Assembly (NCBI GenBank): GCA_023247275.1
Contig: JAHFGT010000005.1
Coordinates: forward strand, 124 to 64,123
DNA: 64,000 nucleotides
Direction of reading: 5' to 3'
From: Candidatus Omnitrophota bacterium
Lineage (GTDB): Bacteria; Omnitrophota; Gorgyraeia; Aquiviventales; Aquiviventaceae
In this document: piece after piece, positions 37,487 to 46,406 of the stretch
Layout: every line of letters starts with the position of its first letter
How positions within the stretch are numbered: position 1 is the first letter of the stretch
The notes under the pieces: generated by a model
Database searches by the model: none
What the model was told of the DNA's origin: nothing
What the model saw: only the letters and a program-made list of their open reading frames with translations
Translations under genes and position numbers: made by a program

Positions 37487-39199
37487 TTAGGTCCGTCCCA
37501 TCAGGATCACGCTCTCCACTTCTTCAAGGCTGGTCAGACCCTGCTGGACCTTTCGAAGGCCACCCTGCTCTAACGTGACCAGGCCGTTACGAATCGCTGC
37601 GTCCTTGATGAGGTGGGCGGCCGCGCCTTTGGTGACCAGTTCACGCACCTGTTCATTGATCTCCATCACCTCGTACGCACCCACCCGGCCGCGATATCCA
37701 GTTCCACTGCACGGTTCACACCCCTTGGCTCGGTAGATCGGTCCGGTGCCAAGGGCAAGCCGCTCGCGCAGCGCGGGTGACGGCTCATAGGATTCCCGAC
37801 ACTGGTCGCACAATCGCCGCACCAACCGCTGCGCCACGATCAGCGAGATCGTGGACGAGACCAGGTACGGGGCCACGCCAATATCCAGCAGCCGGGTGAC
37901 CGCTGACGGCGCGTCATTGGTGTGCACGGTGCTAAACACCATATGGCCGGTCAAGGCGGCTTGCACGCAGATTTCAGCGGTCTCCAGATCTCGGACTTCC
38001 CCTACCATGATAACGTCTGGATCTTGGCGAAGGAACGAACGTAAGCCGGCGGCAAAAGTCAGCCCGATGGACGGTTTGATCTGGACTTGGTTCACACCAT
38101 CCAGTCGGTATTCGACCGGGTCCTCGATCGTCAGGATATTTTTCTTTGGCGTCTTGATGGCGCTGAGTGCGGCATACAGCGTCGTGGTCTTGCCAGAGCC
38201 GGTCGGACCAGTCAACAACAACAGGCCGTACGGATCATGGATCACCGACTGGAACAATCCGAGTTCCCGCTCGTCAAATCCCAGCTGTTGCAGATCCAGC
38301 AGCTCTGGGATTTTCTTCAAAATTCTGACGACCACTTTTTCCCCATAGATGGTCGGGATGACCGACACCCGAAAATCGATCGACAGGCCTTCCATGCCCA
38401 TCATGAACCCGCCATCCTGGGGCAGCCGTTTTTCCGCGATATCCAGTTTGCACAAAATTTTAATGCGCGAGATAATCGCCGCGTGCAGCGCCCGAGCCGG
38501 CGGGCTGATCTCGTGCAACACCCCATCAATTCGGTACCGCAGGCTCAACCGCTCACGAAATGGTTCGATGTGGATATCGCTGGCGCGTTGCTTGATCGCC
38601 TGGCGAATGATGAGATCCACCAGCCGGATCACCGGCGCTTCCTGTGCCGCCTCTTTCAGACGATCCAAGTTGAGGACTTCTTCAGTCGCAAGGTCTTCTC
38701 CATTCGACAGCTGGTAGGAATGGCCGATGGCCTCCTGGAGCATCGTGTCTTCGCCATAGAAGGTGCTAATGGCTACTTCGAGGTCGGCTTTTGTCGTGAC
38801 GACCGGATGAATATCGCATCCGGTAAGGCGACTGAGGTTATCCATCGTCAGCAGATCCAGGGGATTGACGCAGGCCACCGTGAGAGAGTTGATGGTGCGG
38901 GACAACGGTAAGACCAAATGCTGCCGGGCAAACTCTGTGGGGACAAGTTGTTCGAGGCCTTGGCCTTTGGGAGGATTCAACAGGCCGCTGGCGGCTGAGG
39001 CGTATGGCACACTCAGCTGTTTGCTAAGCGCAGCGGCGATGTCCAGCTCGCTGACCATGCCGAGCTCGACCAAAATCTCACCGATGCGTTTGGTGGTCCC
39101 ATGCTGAGACTCCAGCGCTTTGGCCAGTTGGTCGACCGAGATCAGGCCGGCCTTGACCAGAATTTCGCCGAGTTTGTCGCCAAGTTTTAGAATTGGCAT
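37487..39199 (-). CDS. pilB: Type IV pilus assembly ATPase PilB with N-terminal MshEN-type domain
   Basis: [31 protein letters not shown], and CDQC...CEPCSGTGYRGRVGAYEVM. The N-terminus has a tandem 24-residue MshEN motif. The start is set at ATG 39199; the track uses GTG 39220. Confidence 0.9.
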   Translation of the reverse strand: MPILKLGDKLGEILVKAGLISVDQLAKALESQHGTTKRIGEILVELGMVSELDIAAALSKQLSVPYASAASGLLNPPKGQGLEQLVPTEFARQHLVLPLSRTINSLTVACVNPLDLLTMDNLSRLTGCDIHPVVTTKADLEVAISTFYGEDTMLQEAIGHSYQLSNGEDLATEEVLNLDRLKEAAQEAPVIRLVDLIIRQAIKQRASDIHIEPFRERLSLRYRIDGVLHEISPPARALHAAIISRIKILCKLDIAEKRLPQDGGFMMGMEGLSIDFRVSVIPTIYGEKVVVRILKKIPELLDLQQLGFDERELGLFQSVIHDPYGLLLLTGPTGSGKTTTLYAALSAIKTPKKNILTIEDPVEYRLDGVNQVQIKPSIGLTFAAGLRSFLRQDPDVIMVGEVRDLETAEICVQAALTGHMVFSTVHTNDAPSAVTRLLDIGVAPYLVSSTISLIVAQRLVRRLCDQCRESYEPSPALRERLALGTGPIYRAKGCEPCSGTGYRGRVGAYEVMEINEQVRELVTKGAAAHLIKDAAIRNGLVTLEQGGLRKVQQGLTSLEEVESVILMGRT

Positions 39200-39248
39200 G
39201 GTCGTTACCCACCGTAACACTGCCCGTCATGCTCAAGCCGAGTACCGC

Positions 39249-40895
39249 TTACAGACTACGTCGCTGTTCGAGCCGCGTGAGCGCCTGTTCGATCTGATCC
39301 TGACGCGCTGGCCCGAGCGCGGCCGCGGCACCGCCGGTTCCTGGCACCTCAGATTCTTGAAATACGCGAGGCGTGACCATCGCGATCAACTCCCGATCGG
39401 TCCCGCTGCGAGTTCGCTGTTTAAACAGCTCACCCAGAACGGGAATCTGTGACAGCCCTGGCACGCGGGGAAACGCGCGCTCATCGCGGCGGTTGATCAG
39501 CCCTCCCAGTATCAGGCTTTCACCTTGCCGAATGCGTACCAGCGATCGGACGCTCTTGGTCTGCGGGTCGACAATTGGATCGGTCGTCGTCGTGATCTCT
39601 GATGCCACGGTATCTGTCACCGATGGCTCAACCAGCATCGTGATGGAACCGTCCTCGTTGAGCTGGGGGGTGACGACCAAGACGATTCCGGTCGGTGCCC
39701 GCTCAGGTCCGGTATTACTGACCGTGCCACCGGTAATGACCACCGACTGGGGCCGGCTGATGGCTTGGTTTTTTTGGAGCCGCACCACCGCGCTCTCATT
39801 GTTCATGGTCAGCACGCGCGGACGAGCCAAAATGCGCGTGTCGGTATCCTGGCTGAGCGCCTGCAGTGTCGCGATCACTTGCGAGGCTTCCACGACCCCT
39901 AACTCGATTTGGCCAGTGCCGGTAAACTTCGGATCCTTTGCCCGGGTCAAATACTTCGCATCATTCACTGTACTTGACATCGTATTGAAAGGAAACTTCG
40001 TTGCGGCCTTCGCCGGAGTGAGCCCAACAGTCGTGATCGAGCTCGACGTGCCCCACGCCACCCCCAGATTCCGCACCGTGCCTAACGTGGACTCAAACAG
40101 ATCGGTCTCGATCATGATCTGCGGCGTCTTCACGTCAAGCTTCTCGATCACCGTCTCAATCTTCTTGAGGTTATCCGGCACATCGGTGATGATCATCGAG
40201 TTGGTCCGTTCGTCAACAACCAGACTGCCCTGCCCGGTGAGGAGTTGCTGGACGATGAGATCCAATCCCAATAGTTCGCTTGCGCTGCCCGCGCCACCGG
40301 TCGCACCACTTGAAGCGTTGGATGTCCCTGCGCCACCACTGGCACTGCCGCTCCCAGAACCTCCGCTCGACCCCAGCGTAACGCCCTGCGCAGTGCTCGT
40401 GCCAGAGCTACCGATCATCCCCCGCAGTTGGCTGCCTGACGCCTCAACCGCTCGGCTTAGACGTGAAGTCGATAGATGCGCATACTTCAAGGTGTAGATC
40501 TTCGTGCTCGGCGCGCCCGCTGGCGCTTCACCCTGCAGAGGGGTCTTCGTCGGATCGGCCCGGACCATGTACACTTCGCTCCCTGGAGGCCGTTCATACA
40601 GCAGCCCGCCGGTCTCTAAAATTCGGTCCAGCGCATCGACGGCTGAGACATCTTCCAAGTAGAGGGTAATGGTGCGGTTCTCGATGTCTTTGCTGGCGAT
40701 CACATTGATCCCGGTCTGTTTGGAGAACGCCTTGAGCACGTCCTTGAGCGGCGCGTTTTCAAACTCCATGGAAATTCGAATCTGTTCTGGCTCGTGTTCG
40801 GTTGCCGACCGAGTTGGTGGTGCCGCCAACGCTCCATCACCCAGCATTCCGATCGCGCTGAGAACAATGCCCAAGACCCGGACCAATCGACTCAT
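39249..40895 (-). CDS. pilQ: Secretin (PilQ/GspD family)
   Basis: Signal peptide, N0-like domain ISMEFENAPLKDVLKAFSKQTGINVI, and C-terminal secretin domain ...VPGLSQIPVLGELFKQR....ELIAMVTPRV. A Gly/Ser-rich insert lies at residues ~152-206. Confidence 0.85.
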   Translation of the reverse strand: MSRLVRVLGIVLSAIGMLGDGALAAPPTRSATEHEPEQIRISMEFENAPLKDVLKAFSKQTGINVIASKDIENRTITLYLEDVSAVDALDRILETGGLLYERPPGSEVYMVRADPTKTPLQGEAPAGAPSTKIYTLKYAHLSTSRLSRAVEASGSQLRGMIGSSGTSTAQGVTLGSSGGSGSGSASGGAGTSNASSGATGGAGSASELLGLDLIVQQLLTGQGSLVVDERTNSMIITDVPDNLKKIETVIEKLDVKTPQIMIETDLFESTLGTVRNLGVAWGTSSSITTVGLTPAKAATKFPFNTMSSTVNDAKYLTRAKDPKFTGTGQIELGVVEASQVIATLQALSQDTDTRILARPRVLTMNNESAVVRLQKNQAISRPQSVVITGGTVSNTGPERAPTGIVLVVTPQLNEDGSITMLVEPSVTDTVASEITTTTDPIVDPQTKSVRSLVRIRQGESLILGGLINRRDERAFPRVPGLSQIPVLGELFKQRTRSGTDRELIAMVTPRVFQESEVPGTGGAAAALGPARQDQIEQALTRLEQRRSL

Positions 40896-40917
40896 CGTTC
40901 CCCCTTGCCGTGCTGCA

Positions 40918-41493
40918 TCACTGCGCTCCCTCCCGATGAAATGGAAATGTCATGGCAAACCGCGTCCCCTGCACATCAACCACGACCCCACCGCGGTCAA
41001 TCGATACGATGGTCGCGTCTTTGATGTGGTCACCCACGCTGTAGACCTGCCCATCGATCAGCGCTTTCGAGCCTGCGCTGGTCCACAAGATCCCTTCCAG
41101 AGCCACCGCAGGCGGCTTAGGTGGTGGCGGTGGGGTGGGTTGTTGTTGGGCAACCGGCGCGGGCACATCGACCGGTGGGTGTTCTTCTGGTTTTGGCAGC
41201 AGACTGGCCATCGGATCACGCAGGTTTGAGGCGGTATACTCAACCGGCGGCGTCAGGCTTGTGGTCGGTCCTGGCTGATCAACTTCTACTGTCGATCCCA
41301 GCGCGTTGGCGTATCGTGAATCAATGTCATTCATCTTTCGAAGCCCGGCCATCACCTGGGCAGGGGCTGATCCGCTCGAGGTGGATCCCCCTGCGCTGCG
41401 CCTTGCCATGTTGTGCCAGACTTGGAACAGCAGAAAGCCGATGCCGAACACGATGATGGCCCGCTCAAGTTGGGATTTCATCCGAGGGTCCAT
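40918..41493 (-). CDS. PilP/GspC-like inner-membrane-anchored periplasmic protein
   Basis: N-terminal TM helix, a Pro-rich linker, and a C-terminal small beta domain LEGILWTSAGSKALIDGQVYSVGDHIKDATIVSIDRGGVVVDVQG. Position between pilO and the secretin. Confidence 0.45.
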   Translation of the reverse strand: MDPRMKSQLERAIIVFGIGFLLFQVWHNMARRSAGGSTSSGSAPAQVMAGLRKMNDIDSRYANALGSTVEVDQPGPTTSLTPPVEYTASNLRDPMASLLPKPEEHPPVDVPAPVAQQQPTPPPPPKPPAVALEGILWTSAGSKALIDGQVYSVGDHIKDATIVSIDRGGVVVDVQGTRFAMTFPFHREGAQ

Positions 41494-41496
41494 GGC

Positions 41497-42006
41497 TTAT
41501 CCGCTCTTTTGGGCCACGGTGGGCAATGGCACCGAAAAACTGCTAATGGTGATCCGAACCGACAACACCCCGGTCTGTGGACCGGTTCCAACCTCAAGAT
41601 CGTCAACTTGAAGAAATGCTGGCGCATTTTCAAGTTGACTGAGGAATGTGCCCAGCTGATGGTACGACGATTCGAACTGGACATTGACCCCCACCTGGGT
41701 AAACTCTTCCAGCGGCTTCGGCGGCAACGGCGTCAACGAGGTCACATTGATCCCGACATTTTGCGCCAGCGTATGCACCTGCTCAAACAGCCACTCGGTT
41801 TCCACTTCAGGCGCCAGGTGGCTGCGGATCTGATCCAGTTGCCGAAGCCGGCTGGCCAGGTCCTCCCGTAGCGCTTGTCGCTGCTGCTCCTCGCTAAACT
41901 GCTGGTGAATGTTAACCAGCTTGGCTTGCTCCCTCGCATAGATTCGCGAACCCAGTAGCCCTGCGGCCAGCAGCACCAGCAGGCCAGACACCAGCCCAGG
42001 TCGCAT
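41497..42006 (-). CDS. pilO: PilO-like pilus alignment protein
   Basis: N-terminal TM helix, a coiled-coil, then ...GINVTSLTPLPPKPLEEFTQVGVNVQFESSYHQLGTFLSQLENAPAFLQVDDLEV. One-nt TAATG overlap with the upstream gene. Confidence 0.65.
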   Translation of the reverse strand: MRPGLVSGLLVLLAAGLLGSRIYAREQAKLVNIHQQFSEEQQRQALREDLASRLRQLDQIRSHLAPEVETEWLFEQVHTLAQNVGINVTSLTPLPPKPLEEFTQVGVNVQFESSYHQLGTFLSQLENAPAFLQVDDLEVGTGPQTGVLSVRITISSFSVPLPTVAQKSG

Positions 42007-43544
42007 TACAGCACCCCTTTCGAACGATAGTTAACCTCGAAGGTGCGGTAGGAGATGTCCTGCTGTTCGGCTGCCTCTGCCACTTTGCCCAACTCCGCAC
42101 GCGCAAACCCCTGCAACAACGTCTGATCTTGCCGAATGTGCTGGAAGAACCGTTGGATCACATCAATCTCTTGACCGGCCTCTGCGCGAAAACACGCTCC
42201 GCGCAATTCCAAGAGGGGGCGCTGAGGTTTAAACCGGTCCACGATATTGTGGTACCCGATGCTCTGAACCCACACGCCGTCAGGCAACGCCTTGGCTAAG
42301 GTGTCCAGCTTTTCTGTCATCGAAATGCGGCCATCAATCGTCCGCTTCAAAAATGCCAGCCGGCTGTCAACCTGCTGCTGCAGATCCTCCAACTCCTGCT
42401 GACCCTGTTCCTTCAATCCCCATCCCACATCAGGAAACGCTCGCACCGTGTGTTCCATCTGCCGACGGGCGGTTGTGACCTGGTACTCTTCAATCCAGAA
42501 AAAAACCCCCAGAATCACCGCAGCCATCGAGAGCTGCCCTATCAACGGTTTGACCAGCCGGCGACTCTCAATCGACGCGACATTAAGGAGTTCTTGGGAT
42601 GTCTTTTTGACCGTGGTGTCGGTCCGGCCGCTCATCAGTTGGATCGCGCTCCGTGGCTGCAGCTCGCGCAATGCCAACCCGGCGACCGCAGCATCCTCAA
42701 GTGTGAATCCGTCTTGTCGAATCTCTTTGGGGATGGTGCCGATTCCGACCGAGCATTTGAGCTGGCTTTTCAGCCGCTCGACAATCGCGTCCACCGCCGA
42801 CGGCGGGCCATACACCGCCACATGGCGGATCATTGCTTGGGGGTTTTCTCGAGTGAAAAATTCAAACGAAATACCCAGCTCACTGAGTAACGACTCAATT
42901 TCCGGTTGGGGTGCTGGGCCGGTAGGGCCTACGGCGGCTGGTGAGGTCAATGCCACCTCACGGGCAAAATACGGCAACCGGTCTTTGGCGATGACAATAT
43001 GGGCGGATTGCTGGCTGACTTCAACAATTCCGACAAACTGTTTGTCGCTGCCCAGCGGCGCGCCACCGCCGAGCCGAGCCAAGCTCAGTGACCGTGGTTC
43101 GATGAACAACGGCTCAATCCCGGCGGCGCGCAGCGTCCCCTGAATTTTTGCGAACGCTTCTGTGCGCATGCCGATGAACACCACCGACAACATCCGGGTG
43201 CCGCGCTGTTTGACAGCTTGGTAGCCCCAGACCAGCTCTTCAATCTTAAATGGAATGTACTTTCGCGCCTCGAACTGTACCGCACGATCGAGCTCGGCCC
43301 GAGGAAAGATCGGCATGGTAAACGACCGTAGCAGCACATCCCGCATCAGCACCGCCACGCCGACCTGAGCTGTCGTGATCCCTAAATGATCGACGACGCC
43401 GCGAATCGCCTGTGCGATGGAGGCTTCATCATTGGCAGCGACCGGCAACTTCGCAGCCCGTAACTTCAGCGTGGACAAAACCCGCTGAGCGGAAAACGCC
43501 TCAACAACCCCAACCCCTAAGACGATGCCTGCGATTTGTGCCAT
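42006..43544 (-). CDS. PilM-PilN fusion (actin-like cytoplasmic domain + TM + PilN-like periplasmic domain; GspL-like architecture)
   Basis: 512 aa. The N-terminal ~330 aa is PilM-like. A TM helix (SMAAVILGVFFWIEEY) follows. The C-terminal ~150 aa has the PilN-type segment LDTLAKALPDGVWVQSIGY. Confidence 0.7.
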   Translation of the reverse strand: MAQIAGIVLGVGVVEAFSAQRVLSTLKLRAAKLPVAANDEASIAQAIRGVVDHLGITTAQVGVAVLMRDVLLRSFTMPIFPRAELDRAVQFEARKYIPFKIEELVWGYQAVKQRGTRMLSVVFIGMRTEAFAKIQGTLRAAGIEPLFIEPRSLSLARLGGGAPLGSDKQFVGIVEVSQQSAHIVIAKDRLPYFAREVALTSPAAVGPTGPAPQPEIESLLSELGISFEFFTRENPQAMIRHVAVYGPPSAVDAIVERLKSQLKCSVGIGTIPKEIRQDGFTLEDAAVAGLALRELQPRSAIQLMSGRTDTTVKKTSQELLNVASIESRRLVKPLIGQLSMAAVILGVFFWIEEYQVTTARRQMEHTVRAFPDVGWGLKEQGQQELEDLQQQVDSRLAFLKRTIDGRISMTEKLDTLAKALPDGVWVQSIGYHNIVDRFKPQRPLLELRGACFRAEAGQEIDVIQRFFQHIRQDQTLLQGFARAELGKVAEAAEQQDISYRTFEVNYRSKGVL

Positions 43545-43652
43545 GATCTTACCCTCTTAGCGAATGCCGAAGCCCTTCTCAAGCCCGACGAGAAGCATCC
43601 ACTAGTATACATGATTAGCAATAAAACGTTATCAAAACATTATTAAGAACTA

Positions 43653-45323
43653 TCAGCGCTGCTGGACAAGCCGATTCACAGTCTCTTCTAACGTTGCAAT
43701 CCGTTGCTGCTGAGACTGTAGCTGTATATTGAGCTGCTCGATATACCGATGCGCATACTCTAGCTCCTGCAACAGACCGGCAAAATCGTCATCAAGACTT
43801 CGTAACCTGGGTTCGGTACCCTTCTCTTGGCTCGGAGCGATCGCCGGCAAATGCTTGTGCGCCCACATTTCGGCAGCATGCTGTTCGATGCTTGGCAACT
43901 TGTAGTCTGGTTGAAAAACAAAATCTGGCAGGACGGTTCCGTTCCGCAAAATCTGACCCCACACCGACAAGTTGACCGGCACCGCAGGAGGCGGTGCGCC
44001 GATCGTCGTGTTTCCGATGATTTGTACCTTTTCTCCGAGCGCTGGATTCGCTGTCCCGATTCCGACATTGCCATTCGCATCAATGACAAATGGGGTGTCA
44101 TCGCCAGGAAGAGGCAGCAATGGGTTGAACTGATCATCGATCCGTAGCACAGGCGCAACCGCAGCAGGATCCGCTTGCATAATGTGCAATTGGGCCCAAG
44201 CCCCAACGTTATTCGGAACCCCAATCGCGACAAACCCTGTATCGCCGGTGATCTTCATGCGCAGGGGAATGGGACTAGAGCCAGTGTCTGTCGTACCAAA
44301 CAGCATATCCCCTGGATTGCCGCTCATGCCAACGATCGGCACTTGTCCAATGTACCCGCGATGATTCCAGTTGGAACGGAACATGATCCAACTTTTCCCG
44401 CCGGAATCGTTGAGATCAATGGAGGCATTACGATTGGCCCCGGTCGCGGCGCGCAGCCGCAGGCTGGCATCATAGGTGGGGCGCGCCTGGATCACCATAG
44501 TGGGGATGTCTGGCTTGGTGGGATCAAAATCATCGACGTTTAACAGCCCGATTCCGACCTGTCCGTTCTGTTCCCACACCATCCGCGGGGGCACCGCGGT
44601 GAAATCCTGGACAAGATTATCCGTGATGGCGACATCGCGACCGCCAAAGAAGGTCGTGCTGATAGTCGGGCGACCGAAGAAGGCTTGCGGTGAAGTATCG
44701 CCGAAACTGAGCTGCATCCCACTGGCCAACCAGGAGGGCGCACCCCAGGACCGGATTCGCAAAATCATCGGCTGCTGAACCCCAGAGGCCAGGTCTAAAA
44801 ACGTATTGGGATCAGGAAGTCCGGATGCCACACCAGATCCGAGCAGGAAGCCTCTAACCTTGCGAGGACTTCCTGCTGTTTCATCCATGGTCATGCCATA
44901 GTTCCCGTCAGAGGTATGCAGTTCAAAGCTCGGAAATGCTCCTGACGAGCCGCCACCCCCATACATCTGGACTGACGTACCCCACATGCCGAGGACCCGG
45001 GCATTTTCGCTGCGGCCACCGAGGTCCCGCGGCCAGACTAACCAGCCGGTACTATGGAGCGGTTGGCTGTATCGAGTGTTCCAATTGACGTTGTCCATAT
45101 AGAGGTTACCGCCGGTGATTGACATTCTCATCTCGGCACCGATATTTGGCGTGAGGGGGTCTGGGGTAGTCGGTGGAGTCCCGACCCCGACCCGTATCTG
45201 GTTATAGACGCCGCGGGGCGACGGGTAGTAGGTACTTAACGTCAGGTCTTCAGCAGCCACATAGCTGATCAGACCGATCGACACGATCATCCCGACCCCA
45301 AATGTCCATCCATGCGTCCGCAT
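43653..45323 (-). CDS. Secreted fibre-like protein of unknown family (556 aa) in the PilY1 position
   Basis: Sec-type signal (…ISYVAA|EDL), not a prepilin leader. It contains the LSTYYPSPRGVY motif, a Gly-rich beta-type body with NGNVGIGTANPALGEKVQIIG, and a C-terminal module DFVFQPDYKLPSIEQHAAEMWAHKHLPAI followed by a coiled-coil. Confidence 0.6.
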   Translation of the reverse strand: MRTHGWTFGVGMIVSIGLISYVAAEDLTLSTYYPSPRGVYNQIRVGVGTPPTTPDPLTPNIGAEMRMSITGGNLYMDNVNWNTRYSQPLHSTGWLVWPRDLGGRSENARVLGMWGTSVQMYGGGGSSGAFPSFELHTSDGNYGMTMDETAGSPRKVRGFLLGSGVASGLPDPNTFLDLASGVQQPMILRIRSWGAPSWLASGMQLSFGDTSPQAFFGRPTISTTFFGGRDVAITDNLVQDFTAVPPRMVWEQNGQVGIGLLNVDDFDPTKPDIPTMVIQARPTYDASLRLRAATGANRNASIDLNDSGGKSWIMFRSNWNHRGYIGQVPIVGMSGNPGDMLFGTTDTGSSPIPLRMKITGDTGFVAIGVPNNVGAWAQLHIMQADPAAVAPVLRIDDQFNPLLPLPGDDTPFVIDANGNVGIGTANPALGEKVQIIGNTTIGAPPPAVPVNLSVWGQILRNGTVLPDFVFQPDYKLPSIEQHAAEMWAHKHLPAIAPSQEKGTEPRLRSLDDDFAGLLQELEYAHRYIEQLNIQLQSQQQRIATLEETVNRLVQQR

Positions 45324-45336
45324 CTACCTCCCCCTT

Positions 45337-46014
45337 TCAGCACGGGTTAGGAGCACTACTTATCGACCCTGTAGGTTCCATGCCTGAACTTGAATTTTGT
45401 GCAGTCGCATTCAAATTGGTGTACGCACCAGCTCGCAGGACCACCTGACTTTGATACGGACGGTTCGTGCTGGGTGTTACTCCTTCTGAAATAACCTTGA
45501 TCTGCAGCAGGTTGTTGTCCGGGCTTGGCGGATCACTTCCAAGTGCCTGCTGGGTTGAGTCGGCATCGTTGTAGGTCACCGTCAGCCCGGCCAGTGAACT
45601 GTCTGGGGCTTGACCGTAGGTGATTGGCGTGGGACAACTGCTGGTCACCGGATAATAGAATAAAATCTGTTTCAGACCTGAATCATACCGGTACTGGCCC
45701 CAGGTGTAATTGGCGGCTCGATCGAAACAGTCTGGAGTGGGGATCGGCTGGCACGCCGCCTCGGTTGGCACTGGCACCCGAAATTGCACATTGTTAGCCG
45801 ATACGACCACAACACGGTCCGCCATCTGCAACCATTTCCCCATATGCGTTAAGGCCAATTCAGCCTCACCGTTGCGGTTCAGGTTGCGTCGAATGTCTTC
45901 AGAGATATAGACACGGGTCATGTCAACCTGCGTAATGGCCAGGATCAGGATCATCGCCAGTGTTGTCGCAATGAGGATTTCGAATAACGTCACCCCGCGC
46001 TCGCGGTGGGTCAT
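45337..46014 (-). CDS. Minor pilin, PilW-like (225 aa)
   Basis: MTHRERG|VTLFEILIATTLAMILILA is a prepilin leader with Glu+5. The ATG 46014 forms an ATGA overlap with the upstream gene. Confidence 0.6.
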   Translation of the reverse strand: MTHRERGVTLFEILIATTLAMILILAITQVDMTRVYISEDIRRNLNRNGEAELALTHMGKWLQMADRVVVVSANNVQFRVPVPTEAACQPIPTPDCFDRAANYTWGQYRYDSGLKQILFYYPVTSSCPTPITYGQAPDSSLAGLTVTYNDADSTQQALGSDPPSPDNNLLQIKVISEGVTPSTNRPYQSQVVLRAGAYTNLNATAQNSSSGMEPTGSISSAPNPC

Positions 46015-46400
46015 TGTTGAACCCAGCTCACTTTGGCCGTCACCTGGATGCAATCTGGCAACCCAGCGGTCCCGCCGCACTGGGGCATCGCTATGACGGT
46101 GTACGTACGGGTGAATTTAGCATTTGGCGGCTGGACAGGATCTGGCACTGGCGTTGGCGTGCCGATGTTCACCACCGCCGCGCAGGTCGTCGGATTAAAC
46201 CAACCATTATCGCAGGCGACTTGATTGCGCATCCGCTCAATGGTTTCCTGTGTGTATTGGATCGCTTCCACCTTGTTGGGAGAGCGCTGCGAAAACTGGG
46301 CGGCCATGATAAAGGCCAGCATCGCGCCACCGGCGACGAACGCGATCAGGATCGCGGCGACGACTAATTCCAACAACGTTGTCCCTCGTTCAGACATCAC
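46011..46400 (-). CDS. Minor pilin, PilV-like (129 aa)
   Basis: MMSERG|TTLLELVVAAILIAFVAGG is a prepilin leader with Glu+5. Confidence 0.6.
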   Translation of the reverse strand: MMSERGTTLLELVVAAILIAFVAGGAMLAFIMAAQFSQRSPNKVEAIQYTQETIERMRNQVACDNGWFNPTTCAAVVNIGTPTPVPDPVQPPNAKFTRTYTVIAMPQCGGTAGLPDCIQVTAKVSWVQQ

Positions 46401-46406
46401 CGACTC

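Noticed and set aside
39373-40497. Very long plus-strand ORFs: 374 aa here, also 11321..12301 (326 aa), 29475..30569 (364 aa), 38087..38911 (274 aa), 19759..20598 (279 aa) and 12984..13772 (262 aa).
   Set aside because: Each lies entirely antisense to a minus-strand gene with clear family signatures (secretin, gatA, membrane-TPR protein, pilB, rsfS/CNNM, rsmA). Their translations are Arg/Ser/Pro/Thr-rich with no recognisable motifs. This is the usual stop-codon-poor antisense frame of GC-rich DNA.
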